Below, piece by piece: positions 50,646 to 59,537 of a DNA stretch of 64,000 nt. The position numbers and the translations under genes were made by a program. The notes below the pieces were generated by a model. That model saw only the letters and a list, made by a program, of their open reading frames with translations, searched no databases and was not told where the DNA came from. Location of the stretch: assembly GCA_030693425.1 (NCBI GenBank), contig JAUYAM010000004.1, forward strand, positions 23,163-87,162, written 5' to 3'. Source of the DNA: a bacterium (GTDB lineage: Bacteria > Patescibacteriota > Minisyncoccia > Minisyncoccales > GWA2-46-15). The number at the start of each line of letters is the position of its first letter. Position 1 is the first letter of the stretch.

Positions 50646-50954
50646 ATGGGTTACCACGTTGAAATAAATACGATGCTGCGATTAGGAAAATCCGACGTAA
50701 AGCCGGACGATCTTCAAATCGGCAAACAATATACTATTTCCAGATCAAATATTCGGATTTACCCGACCGATATGGCAATTTTGCTTTTGTCAGAGGATTG
50801 GACGGTTCTGGGTTATTGCGCGATTCGTAAAACTTTGGTTTCTGGCAAAGATATGGAAATAACCTTCGAAATCCTTTCGCTTTTTGCTCCGGACGAGCAG
50901 AAAATTTATACCACTCGTTTGAAAGAAGCCCTAACAACCACTCACGAAATTTAA
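50646..50954 (+). CDS. Hypothetical protein (102 aa)
   Basis: ORF only; I recognise no motif. Confidence 0.4.
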   Translation: MGYHVEINTMLRLGKSDVKPDDLQIGKQYTISRSNIRIYPTDMAILLLSEDWTVLGYCAIRKTLVSGKDMEITFEILSLFAPDEQKIYTTRLKEALTTTHEI

Positions 50955-50955
50955 T

Positions 50956-51054
50956 ATGAAAAAATATCAGGCAAAAACCAATATAAAGAAAATGCGGAGC
51001 TGGGGTCAGGCCACTCGGTTGGAGGGTCGCCGAACCAAAAAGGGAAAGAAATAA
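50956..51054 (+). CDS. Possible 32-aa highly basic peptide (MKKYQAKTNIKKMRSWGQATRLEGRRTKKGKK)
   Basis: Hand-translated ORF. It starts 2 nt after the upstream stop and ends exactly at motif copy 3. Confidence 0.25.
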   Translation: MKKYQAKTNIKKMRSWGQATRLEGRRTKKGKK

Positions 51055-51084
51055 ACCTATTTAACACCCGAGGTTAAATATTGA
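51052..51084 (+). repeat. Intergenic palindromic motif copy 3 (TAAACCTATTTAACACCCGAGGTTAAATATTGA)
   Basis: Aligned with copies 1, 2 and 4. It is followed by the 21-nt palindrome CTTAGGAACTTAGTTCCTAAG (51085-51105). Confidence 0.7.
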
Positions 51085-51160
51085 CTTAGGAACTTAGTTC
51101 CTAAGTTTACACAAGATTGAAAAAAGGTTTTAGAATCTTTTATACTTAGCGAAAAAGTAA

Positions 51161-51195
51161 TCTATTAACCTGTTTAACACCCGATGTTGAACATT
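51161..51195 (+). repeat. Intergenic palindromic motif copy 4 (TCTATTAACCTGTTTAACACCCGATGTTGAACATT)
   Basis: It shares TCTATTAACC with copy 1. It ends about 19 nt before ATG 51211. Confidence 0.7.
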
Positions 51196-51210
51196 CGGAA
51201 AATTGTAAAT

Positions 51211-51297
51211 ATGAAAATTAAATGGTGGGTTTGGCTTTTGATCTCTTTGTTTCTCGGCAGTATAATAGCTTTATTGGAAGTGATGTTTATAGAATAA
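51211..51297 (+). CDS. Possible 28-aa membrane peptide (MKIKWWVWLLISLFLGSIIALLEVMFIE)
   Basis: Hand-translated ORF with a single hydrophobic helix. Confidence 0.25.
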   Translation: MKIKWWVWLLISLFLGSIIALLEVMFIE

Positions 51298-51371
51298 GCG
51301 TCAACGGGGCCCGGCCTTACGGGAAATAGACAGATAGACTTTAAATCATAATTTTAATTTAATATTTTCAA

Positions 51372-52553
51372 ATGAAATTTGTAATCTTCCACGGAGCTTT
51401 CGGGAGCCCAGAAGGGAACTGGTTCCTGGAGCTCAAAGAAAAACTTGAAGCTTTGGGCCAAAAGGTAATTGTTCCCCGTTTTCCGGTTGAGGACTGGGAT
51501 GAAGTCAGCAAAAACGGCCCAAAGAGTTTTCCCAAACGCCAAACTTTGGATAACTGGCTAAAGGTGTTCGCCAAAGAGGTCCTGCCTAAAATAAAGAAGG
51601 GCGAAGAAGTTTGTTTTGTCGGTCATTCTCTCGGGCCTCTTTTTATCCTTCACGTAGTCGACAAGTACGATCTGAAAATAGACAGCGCCATCTTTGTCAG
51701 CCCTTTTATGAGAAAGCTTAATATCTGGCAGTTCGACCTTATTAACAAAACCTTTTACAAGACCGACTTTGATTTTAGGAAACTGAAAAAACTGATTCCG
51801 GTTTCTTACGTTTTGTATTCTGACAACGACCCTTACGTGGAAAAGTATCATTCCATTGGCTTCGCCAAAAGACTGAACAGCTCTTTGCTTTTCGTCAAAA
51901 GAGCCGGGCATATGAATCTTGAAGTGAATTTGAACGAATTCCCTCTGGTCTTTGAGCTCTGCAAGACCAGGCTTGATTTGTCTTTGTACCAAAAGTATCT
52001 TGCCCACAGGAAAGAACTTTACGCCGTTGACTATATCTCCACGAAAAGCGAAGAAGTCGTTTACCTCGAGCCGAAAGAGGTTTTTGACGAAGGCATTTTC
52101 AAGTTCAGAAACCTGAAAAAATCGGGTTTTTGCACTTTCCTGACTTCAATTAAGTTTTGGGATACCGCAGGCATTTACTACAGGGAAGCGAGGCTGGCTG
52201 CCAAGAGAATCAAGGATTTTAACCGGGTCTTTGTCGTTGATAAAATCTCTGATCTTCACAAAACCCGCCTTCTTCAACACATTAGGCTGGACATTGCTTC
52301 TGGCATGGGCGTTTGGCTGGTTATGGCAGACAGGGTCAGGGAGATTGCTCCGGAACTCGATTTTGGCGTCTGGGATAACGATTACTTGTGCGTAGTGCGC
52401 CTAAACAAAGACCGTTACGTTGAAGTCAAGCTGAGCAGCCGGAGGAAGGACGTAAAAGAGGCTTTGTCTTGGAAGAAAAAGATTCTCAAAATCGCCACCA
52501 AGATTAGCAACGCAGATAAAGACATTAAGGGCTTTATTAAGAAAAACGCCTAG
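51372..52553 (+). CDS. Alpha/beta hydrolase (YdeN/RBBP9-like serine hydrolase) fused to a C-terminal domain of unknown function
   Basis: The N-terminal part has MKFVIFHGAFGSPEGNWF and the nucleophile elbow GHSLGP. The C-terminal ~190 aa are unassigned. Confidence 0.55.
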   Translation: MKFVIFHGAFGSPEGNWFLELKEKLEALGQKVIVPRFPVEDWDEVSKNGPKSFPKRQTLDNWLKVFAKEVLPKIKKGEEVCFVGHSLGPLFILHVVDKYDLKIDSAIFVSPFMRKLNIWQFDLINKTFYKTDFDFRKLKKLIPVSYVLYSDNDPYVEKYHSIGFAKRLNSSLLFVKRAGHMNLEVNLNEFPLVFELCKTRLDLSLYQKYLAHRKELYAVDYISTKSEEVVYLEPKEVFDEGIFKFRNLKKSGFCTFLTSIKFWDTAGIYYREARLAAKRIKDFNRVFVVDKISDLHKTRLLQHIRLDIASGMGVWLVMADRVREIAPELDFGVWDNDYLCVVRLNKDRYVEVKLSSRRKDVKEALSWKKKILKIATKISNADKDIKGFIKKNA

Positions 52554-52593
52554 AATTTTTCTTTGGGAGGTCGGGTCTCCCAATTTTAAATTT

Positions 52594-53583
52594 ATGAAGC
52601 TTGAGATTAGAAGAGAAGATCCTCTAAATATTCTTAGTTCGACAAAATCAATTGTTGAGGATCTTAATTTTTTGTCAATTAATGAGTCAAAACTGGATCC
52701 GGTTTCCAGAAGGGTAATTGAAAGGCTGAAAACAGGCTTAGAAAGTCTAGAAGAAGCGTTTGGCACCACCGGCAGCTATATTGACGACGTTCAGTTAATT
52801 TTCATTGAAGACACACTTAACTTTTGCTTTTGGGCAGAAAAAGATAGGCCCAAATGGAGTATAGAGTGGCCTGCGGGCCAAATAACCAGTGGCGGTTGGT
52901 ATTCTCTTAAAAAGTGTTTTGAAAGGGCTCTGGCAAACAATATTCCCATTTTAGATGCAGACTATTTGAGCAATTTAACCCTGGACAGCGTACGAGAATT
53001 TTTTAAAGGAATAAACAACATTGAAATTCCTTTAATTTCCAGGCGTTTGGAAAATCTTATCGAGGCAGGTAGTATCCTAAAAGAAAAATATAACGGCCAT
53101 TTTATCAACGTTTTAAAAGAATCAGACTACGACGCAATTAAATTAGTCAAGATAATCTACGGCAATTTCCCTTCTTCCCGGGATACGGTCAATTTGGATG
53201 GGAAAGAGGTTTATTTTCTAAAGAGAGCCCAAATTTGCGCCAATGATCTTTCATATCTGTCAAAAGAAGGCAACGGCAAGGCAATTAAAAACCTTGATTT
53301 GCTGACAGCTTTTTCAGATTACAAATTGCCCCAGATATTCCGAGCGTTTGGAGTTTTTGAATATTCAAGAGAATTATCAGAAATGGTTGATGATTATACT
53401 TTAATTCCGGCTGGCAGCCGGCAGGAGATTGAGATAAGATCAGCTGCAATTTGGGCGGTTGAGCTGATCAGGCAGCGTCTGGCAAAGTATAATTCTTGCG
53501 AGATTGATAACGCCTTATGGCTAATCAGCCAAAATCAATCCGGCCTTAAGCCGCATCACCGGACTTACACAATATTCTATTGA
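52594..53583 (+). CDS. Queuosine salvage protein family (DUF2419 / Qng1-like)
   Basis: Contains FCFWAEKD, GGWYSLKKCFERA and AFSDYKLPQIFRAFGV. Confidence 0.65.
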   Translation: MKLEIRREDPLNILSSTKSIVEDLNFLSINESKLDPVSRRVIERLKTGLESLEEAFGTTGSYIDDVQLIFIEDTLNFCFWAEKDRPKWSIEWPAGQITSGGWYSLKKCFERALANNIPILDADYLSNLTLDSVREFFKGINNIEIPLISRRLENLIEAGSILKEKYNGHFINVLKESDYDAIKLVKIIYGNFPSSRDTVNLDGKEVYFLKRAQICANDLSYLSKEGNGKAIKNLDLLTAFSDYKLPQIFRAFGVFEYSRELSEMVDDYTLIPAGSRQEIEIRSAAIWAVELIRQRLAKYNSCEIDNALWLISQNQSGLKPHHRTYTIFY

Positions 53584-53645
53584 CGTTTTTTAAGGACAGA
53601 AAGACCGCCTTTTGGAGCGGTCTTTAAGTTTCGTCTGTTTTGATT

Positions 53646-54956
53646 TCATCCTTGGTTTTTCTTGAGTTCAGTCTTAAGACTCTCTATTTCTTCTTTAAGC
53701 TCCACCATTTTAAGTTCCCGGCCGATGACGAGTTTGTTAAATCTTTCCAATTCTTCTATTTTATCTTCGAGTTTTTCAGTTTTTTCCTTGACTTGCTGAT
53801 CAAGGCTTTCGCTGAGCTCTTTCAATTCTTTGGTTCTTTCCGCGACTTTTGCCTCTAGGGCGGACTTGGTTATTTCTATTTCATCCTGGGCCTTGAGCAA
53901 ACTTAGGAAGTGTTTTTGCAGGCTCATGGTGATCAGGTTGACGATAAACAGGCTGAATAAAAGCAGTCCGATGTCTATATAAGGAACAAGAATTCCTTCC
54001 CGGCGGTAGTCAAAGTACAAGAAAACATAGCTCAAGATGGAAATTAGTCCGGTGAAAGCAATCAGTTTTTGGTTTCTGAAGAAACCAATCAGGGTGAAAA
54101 TGAGGAAATAGCCCCAGATGACCAGCCTGCCCAAAACAGGGTGGGTGAAACTGATAGTTACCGTCCAGAGCAAAGTTATAAACAGGCCGCCGAGATATTT
54201 GCCCAAAGGCATCATTTTTTCCCGTCCTATCAGGGAAGTCAGGGAAAGAAAGGTGAACAGCATAATAAGGGCGACCAGAGAATATTGCCGCCAGCTTAGA
54301 ATCCTGACTCCCAGGCCGGGCAGGATTATCTGCGAAATCAAAGAAAGGATCAATATTGAGGAAATGAAAACGGCTAGGAATCTGACGCCGTCAATTTCCT
54401 TCTTTTCCAAGAAGTATTCTTTGATAGAGCCGATCGGGTTTTCAATCTCGGCGCAGAACTTATTGATCATTTTTCTGCCGTATTCGGAATCAGCGGTCCA
54501 TTTCTTGAATATACTCGAAAGCATGAGGCTGTTTTTTGGCCTACCTTCTTTTTTTTCGACGGCTCTGGTGAATGTTATATCGAGCAGATAGGCGGAAAGA
54601 AAATACCATTCAAGGGCCGGCGGAGCGGCACTGGTGGAAAAGAGGCTGACGGTTTTGTATTTCAATCCTTTGATCAAGTTGATATATCTGGCCATCGGCA
54701 GGGAAAGCCTGGTCCAGTTCGGACTGCCGACTATGACGGCGTCATAGCCAGAAACGTCGTCAATATTGGCGGGGAGGATGTCGCATTCGCCTCTGAACAT
54801 TCTCAAGTTCGCCCACCCAAAAACACTGTGTTCTTTCGTCGGTATGATTTTCTCAACGTCAACGGCATGACCTCTTGTTTCAAGTTCTTTTTGGATGATT
54901 CTCGCCAGTTTCTCGGTGCTGCCGGACTTTGAATAGTAGGCGATTAAAATCTTCAT
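53646..54956 (-). CDS. Flavodoxin-like domain protein with central multi-TM region and C-terminal coiled coil
   Basis: N-terminal MKILIAYYSKSGSTEKLA, about 6 TM helices and a C-terminal heptad-rich KELKELSESLDQQVKEKTEKLEDKIEELE. Confidence 0.55.
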   Translation of the reverse strand: MKILIAYYSKSGSTEKLARIIQKELETRGHAVDVEKIIPTKEHSVFGWANLRMFRGECDILPANIDDVSGYDAVIVGSPNWTRLSLPMARYINLIKGLKYKTVSLFSTSAAPPALEWYFLSAYLLDITFTRAVEKKEGRPKNSLMLSSIFKKWTADSEYGRKMINKFCAEIENPIGSIKEYFLEKKEIDGVRFLAVFISSILILSLISQIILPGLGVRILSWRQYSLVALIMLFTFLSLTSLIGREKMMPLGKYLGGLFITLLWTVTISFTHPVLGRLVIWGYFLIFTLIGFFRNQKLIAFTGLISILSYVFLYFDYRREGILVPYIDIGLLLFSLFIVNLITMSLQKHFLSLLKAQDEIEITKSALEAKVAERTKELKELSESLDQQVKEKTEKLEDKIEELERFNKLVIGRELKMVELKEEIESLKTELKKNQG

Positions 54957-55057
54957 TCTAAGAGCTGAATTTACCTTCTTTTATCTTATCACCTTGTTCT
55001 GCCTTTTCCAACCAGGGTAAATTACCAAGCAAAAGCTTTTTCTGATAGGATAAGAAT

Positions 55058-55663
55058 ATGGATAAAATAGTTATTGCCACCCATAACCCGGCCAAGAAAG
55101 AGAGATTCGGCCAGCTGCTGTCTATGATAGTTAAGGCTGTTTTGAGTTTAGACGACCTTGGCATTAAGGAGAAACCTTTTGAATCAGGCGAGACCGCTGA
55201 AGACAACGCCGGAATAAAAGCCAGGTTTTATGCAGACAAGACCGGGTTGCCGGTTCTTTCTGAGGACGAAGCTCTGTATCTGGACTTTTTACCTCAAGAA
55301 AGCCAGCCAGGGGTTCATGTCAGGAGGATAGGCGGGAGAGACGAGGTTGACGACGACCGTCTCCTTGCCTATTGGCAGGAAATTGTTTCAAGAGTTCCCG
55401 ATAAAAAGAGAACTGGCAGGTGGCATATTGCTTACTGCCTGGCCACTCCCGAAGGCAAGGTTAAAACGGCAAGTCTGGACCATCCTATTGTTTTCTTTTC
55501 CCCGCCGTCAAGAATAAGAGTTCCTGGTTGGCCAATAAGCAGCTTGCAAGGACCGATTGGTTTTAACAAACCTCACAGCGAATTAACAGATAGCGAAAGG
55601 CGGGCCCATAATCAGAAGGCAGACGAGTTGATTAAGGAAAAACTGAAAGAACTGTTAGCTTAG
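55058..55663 (+). CDS. Non-canonical purine NTP pyrophosphatase (RdgB/HAM1 family)
   Basis: Contains IVIATHNPAKKERF, ESGETAEDNAGIKA and LSEDEALYLD. Confidence 0.65.
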   Translation: MDKIVIATHNPAKKERFGQLLSMIVKAVLSLDDLGIKEKPFESGETAEDNAGIKARFYADKTGLPVLSEDEALYLDFLPQESQPGVHVRRIGGRDEVDDDRLLAYWQEIVSRVPDKKRTGRWHIAYCLATPEGKVKTASLDHPIVFFSPPSRIRVPGWPISSLQGPIGFNKPHSELTDSERRAHNQKADELIKEKLKELLA

Positions 55664-55770
55664 GCAAGTTTTAAGAATAAGATCAATCGCCAGAGAGGCG
55701 AATTTTTGATAGGATAAATTAATGTAAAAATTAGAATAAAGGTCGGATACTAAAAACTAACAACCGAACT

Positions 55771-56532
55771 ATGTTTGAACTCAAAAATAAAGTAGCTTTA
55801 GTGACCGGGGCCAGAAGGGGAATGGGCAAAGTTGATGCTCTAATGATGGCCAAGCAAGGAGCCAAAGTGGCGGTGACAGATATAGATCTTAAAGAATGCC
55901 AGGCAGTGGTTGATGAAATCATTAAGCAGGGGGGCGAGGCCGCGGCCTGGAAAATGGATGTCACCGACAAGGCGGAAATAGACAGAGTTTTCGATGAAGT
56001 AATCAAATCCTGGGGGCGATTGGATATTCTGGTTAACAATGCCGGGGTTTATCTTTCGAAAATGGCAATGGACATGACCGAGGCTGACTGGGACAAAACT
56101 CTTGATATTAATCTCAAGGGACAGTTTTTCTGCGCCCAGAGAGCAGCCAGGGAAATGGCTAAGAACAAATGGGGCAGGATCATCAATATTGCCTCTATTG
56201 CTTCGGGACAGGTTGGCGTGGGGGTAATGGCCAGCTCCCATTATACTGCTTCCAAAGGAGGCATTATCGGCATGAGCGAAACACTTGCGCTTGAATGGGC
56301 TTCCTTGGGAATCAATGTTAATGTCATTGCTCCCGGGGCCATTGACACTCCCATGATCCAGGAAGCTGGCATGTCCAAAGAGGCAATGGATGCTTTTTTG
56401 GCCGGCATTCCCTTAAAAAGAATAGGCAAGTCAGAAGAAATCGCGGCCATGGTCGTTTTTCTGGCTTCAGAAGAGGCAAGCTATATCACCGGCGCCACCT
56501 TTGTCGTTGACGGCGGGTGGCTGGCAGCATGA
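55771..56532 (+). CDS. SDR family oxidoreductase (FabG-like)
   Basis: Contains TGARRGMG, NNAG and YTASKGG. Confidence 0.85.
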   Translation: MFELKNKVALVTGARRGMGKVDALMMAKQGAKVAVTDIDLKECQAVVDEIIKQGGEAAAWKMDVTDKAEIDRVFDEVIKSWGRLDILVNNAGVYLSKMAMDMTEADWDKTLDINLKGQFFCAQRAAREMAKNKWGRIINIASIASGQVGVGVMASSHYTASKGGIIGMSETLALEWASLGINVNVIAPGAIDTPMIQEAGMSKEAMDAFLAGIPLKRIGKSEEIAAMVVFLASEEASYITGATFVVDGGWLAA

Positions 56533-56602
56533 CGAGTATCTAGTATTTAGTATCTAGTATATTTAGTATATTGGGGAAAATAAATAGTTAACTTAATTTA
56601 AT

Positions 56603-56863
56603 ATGGCAATCATTAAAAAGAAAAGCCGGCCAAAGATTTTTGGCTTAATGAAGTCAGGCGAAAAAAAGTTTGACCTCAGAGTGGCCGATTTTAAAGTTAA
56701 GAAGGGTGATACCCTGGTTTTGCAGGAGTGGGATCCCAAGAAAAAGGGATACACCGGCAGAAAGCTGGCAAAAAAAGTAAAGTACGTGACGAAATTCAAC
56801 CTTGACGATTTTGGCCAGAAAAAAGCAATCGAGGAAAAGGGCTTATATATTATTCAAGTTTAA
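56603..56863 (+). CDS. DUF3850-like (ASCH/PUA-like) small protein
   Basis: 86 aa. Contains GEKKFDLRVADFKVKKGDTLVLQEW...YTGR. Confidence 0.55.
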   Translation: MAIIKKKSRPKIFGLMKSGEKKFDLRVADFKVKKGDTLVLQEWDPKKKGYTGRKLAKKVKYVTKFNLDDFGQKKAIEEKGLYIIQV

Positions 56864-56936
56864 GTTTGTGGGAGGTCCGACCTCCCACGCTTTGAGAGTT
56901 TAGTTTGTGGAAGAGCGGGTCTCCCAATTTTTGAAC

Positions 56937-57935
56937 ATGGATTTAGATAAGTTAAGGAAAGTTTTGGCAGGCGAGCCGGCGTTTCGCCTGAAGCAAGCTG
57001 GACAGGCAATTTTTAAGGATTTGATTGAAAACTGGCAAGAAGCCTTGGTTTTGCCTTTGCCTTTACGGCAAAAACTGGCAGAGGAATGTCCTCTGAAAAT
57101 TGAAGCGGAGACGCTGGCGTCGGCTGATAAGAAAACGATCAAGGCGTTGATTACTTTTGACGACGGCTTGAAAGCAGAAACGGTTTTGATGCGCTACTCT
57201 GACAGAAATACTGTTTGCGTTTCTTCAATGTTCGGCTGTCCTTTAAAATGCGAGTTTTGTGCCACCGGCAAGATAGGATTTAAAAGGAACCTGACCGCAG
57301 ATGAAATTACTGAACAAGTTTTGTTTTTTAACCGCTATCTGAAAAAAGAAAACCAGAGAGTAAATAGTATTGTTTTTATGGGTATGGGCGAGCCGTTTTT
57401 AAATTACGATAATGTCATGGGGGCAGTCAAAACCCTGAACGATAAGGAAGGTTTTAATATTGGCGCCAGGCACATTTCTATTTCGACAGTCGGCATTATT
57501 GACGGTATTGAAAAACTGGCCAAAGAGCCTTTGCAGGTTAACCTAGCCATTTCTCTGCATGCCGCCAGCGACAACCTTCGCTCCGAAATTATGCCGATTA
57601 ATCAAACCCAGCCCCTAAAAAGCGTTTTAAAAGCAGTTGAAAGCTATTTTAAAACTACTCGCCGCAAGGTTATGTTTGAATATATAATGATAGCAGGCGT
57701 TAATGACAGCTTAGAAAGAGCTAGAGAGCTGGTTGGGTTATTGTCTGGATTAAAATCTACTGCTTTTATGGTTAACCTGATTTCATACAATCCAACTGGC
57801 ATTTTTAAAGCTTCGACGCCAAAACAAATAAGAGATTTTGAAGCTGTTTTAGAAGAGTCGGGCATTGAAGTAACCCAAAGGTATCGATTTGGCCAAAGCA
57901 TTAAAGCTGCCTGCGGTCAGCTAGCAGGTAAATAA
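56937..57935 (+). CDS. rlmN: 23S rRNA (adenine2503-C2)-methyltransferase RlmN (radical SAM)
   Basis: Contains FRLKQ, CVSSMFGCPLKCEFCATG, GMGEP and the C-terminal Cys in GQSIKAACGQL. The start is set at ATG 56937. Confidence 0.9.
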   Translation: MDLDKLRKVLAGEPAFRLKQAGQAIFKDLIENWQEALVLPLPLRQKLAEECPLKIEAETLASADKKTIKALITFDDGLKAETVLMRYSDRNTVCVSSMFGCPLKCEFCATGKIGFKRNLTADEITEQVLFFNRYLKKENQRVNSIVFMGMGEPFLNYDNVMGAVKTLNDKEGFNIGARHISISTVGIIDGIEKLAKEPLQVNLAISLHAASDNLRSEIMPINQTQPLKSVLKAVESYFKTTRRKVMFEYIMIAGVNDSLERARELVGLLSGLKSTAFMVNLISYNPTGIFKASTPKQIRDFEAVLEESGIEVTQRYRFGQSIKAACGQLAGK

Positions 57936-57938
57936 TCT

Positions 57939-58835
57939 ATGAGAAAAACAATTTTAATTTTAATATTAACAATTTCTATTTTAGGATTAGTAGTTTTGTT
58001 CCTTCGTTTTGGAATCGGCGGGGATGAAGACACTTGGCTCTGCCAGAACGGCCAATGGGTAAAGCACGGCAAACCCTTGGCGTCAGAGCCTGTCAGGGGA
58101 TGCGGCAAAATTGAAACAGAAAATATTAAAATTGATAATCCAGAATCAGACCAGATTATTTCTTTCCCTTTGATAATAAAAGGACAAGCCAGGGGCAGCT
58201 GGTATTTTGAGGCAAGTTTTCCAATCAAGCTTTTAGATAAAAACCAAAAAGAATTAGCCGTTACTATTGCCGAAGCTCAGGCTGATTGGATGACTAATGA
58301 TTTTGTGCCGTTTAAAGCCGTAATTGAGCTTTCTTCTTTGCCTAAAACTAGCCAAGGAACTTTAGTTTTGCAAAAAGACAATCCTTCTGGTTTACCTGAA
58401 AATGACGAGAAAATCATTATGCCTATCCGTTTTCCCGGGCCAGACACGATAACAACCATTAAAACCTTTTTCAATAACAGTAATCTTGACCCTGAGTTTT
58501 CCTGCAACAAGGTTTTTCCGGTAGAAAGAGCGATCTCGAAAACTCCGGCTTCAGCCAGGGCGGCTTTGGAATCTTTGCTCAGGGGACCGAGTTTCAAAGA
58601 ACAGAAAGAGGGATTTTCGACTAGTATTAATTCCGGAGTGAAAATTCAGAAACTAGCGATTGAAAACGGAATTGCCAAGGTCGATTTTGATAGCCAATTA
58701 GAGTTTCAAGTCGGAGGATCGTGCCGGGTTTCAGCTATCAGGGCGCAAATTACCCAAACCCTGAAACAATTCCCAACCGTAAAAGAAGTCATTATTTCAA
58801 TAAACGGCCAGACCGAAGACATTTTACAGCCATAG
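57939..58835 (+). CDS. GerMN domain protein with N-terminal Ig-like (Gmad2-like) domain
   Basis: Signal-anchor present. Contains FPLIIKGQARGSWYFEASFP, then PASARAALESLLRGPS..EQKEGFSTSI. Confidence 0.6.
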   Translation: MRKTILILILTISILGLVVLFLRFGIGGDEDTWLCQNGQWVKHGKPLASEPVRGCGKIETENIKIDNPESDQIISFPLIIKGQARGSWYFEASFPIKLLDKNQKELAVTIAEAQADWMTNDFVPFKAVIELSSLPKTSQGTLVLQKDNPSGLPENDEKIIMPIRFPGPDTITTIKTFFNNSNLDPEFSCNKVFPVERAISKTPASARAALESLLRGPSFKEQKEGFSTSINSGVKIQKLAIENGIAKVDFDSQLEFQVGGSCRVSAIRAQITQTLKQFPTVKEVIISINGQTEDILQP

Positions 58836-58838
58836 CAT

Positions 58839-59444
58839 ATGATCCCGATTCTAATCATTGCCATATCGTTTCTGCTAATAATTCCTTTCTACAAAACAAA
58901 GTCGTATTTATCTGCTTGGGGCGGAATGATGTTTGCAATGGCAATTCCTCTAGTTTATCTACGGATAAAGACATTAGAGATTTACCCTTCAAGATTTTTC
59001 GTTAAAGAGACACTCTTTGTTTCAGGAGTTATCGTTGGGATAGCAACATTTCTAATAGTTCTAGCTTTTGTCTTTATCAAGAAAAACGATATAGCTCGGT
59101 TAAAATCAGCATATTTCCGGAAACTGCTAGCTTTTTATTTCTTGTGGGGATTTTTGCAACAATTGTTCTTCCAGTTCGTCTTTTTTGAAACTGTTTATTT
59201 TGTTTTTAAAGGAAACATATTTCTTTCCTTGTCATCGTCGGCAATCTTTCTTGGCTTATTTCATTTGGGGCGGACCAAAAAATTCTTTTTACCCAGTCTA
59301 TTAATGGGATTTCTTTTTTCGGGAATTTACCTGCTCTACGGCAATCTTATCTGGTTGGCCCTGTCCCATGCTTTGCTGGGGACTTTTTTGTACGTTTTAT
59401 TTGTCAAGAATAACCAGTTATCGCGCAGGTTAAACTTGACTTAA
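58839..59444 (+). CDS. Polytopic membrane protein, possibly CPBP-family intramembrane protease
   Basis: 201 aa. There are FxxxH-like (FLGLFHLG) and HxxxN-like (SHALLGTF) segments, but the glutamate motif is not clear. Confidence 0.4.
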   Translation: MIPILIIAISFLLIIPFYKTKSYLSAWGGMMFAMAIPLVYLRIKTLEIYPSRFFVKETLFVSGVIVGIATFLIVLAFVFIKKNDIARLKSAYFRKLLAFYFLWGFLQQLFFQFVFFETVYFVFKGNIFLSLSSSAIFLGLFHLGRTKKFFLPSLLMGFLFSGIYLLYGNLIWLALSHALLGTFLYVLFVKNNQLSRRLNLT

Positions 59445-59447
59445 AAT

Positions 59448-59481
59448 TCTCAGTATACTGCTACGTAGCAGTATACTGAGA
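59448..59481. repeat. Perfect 34-nt palindrome TCTCAGTATACTGCTAC|GTAGCAGTATACTGAGA
   Basis: Seen directly in the sequence. It shares the 14-nt centre ACTGCTACGTAGCA with the hairpin at 20656-20689. Confidence 0.8.
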
Positions 59482-59537
59482 GAGCTAATGGCTACTTTAG
59501 ACGATTTTAAAAAATTTGATTTGCAGATGGCAAAAAT

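Noticed and set aside
49971-51195. Interpreting the four GTTTAAC-N7-GTTRAAY motifs as integron attC sites (a gene-cassette array).
   Set aside because: The half-sites fit RYYYAAC/GTTRRRY, but the element (~21-nt core) is much shorter than known attC sites. It lacks the L'/L'' arms and extrahelical bases. No intI, attI or Pc is present in the window. It is kept only as a resemblance within the motif finding.
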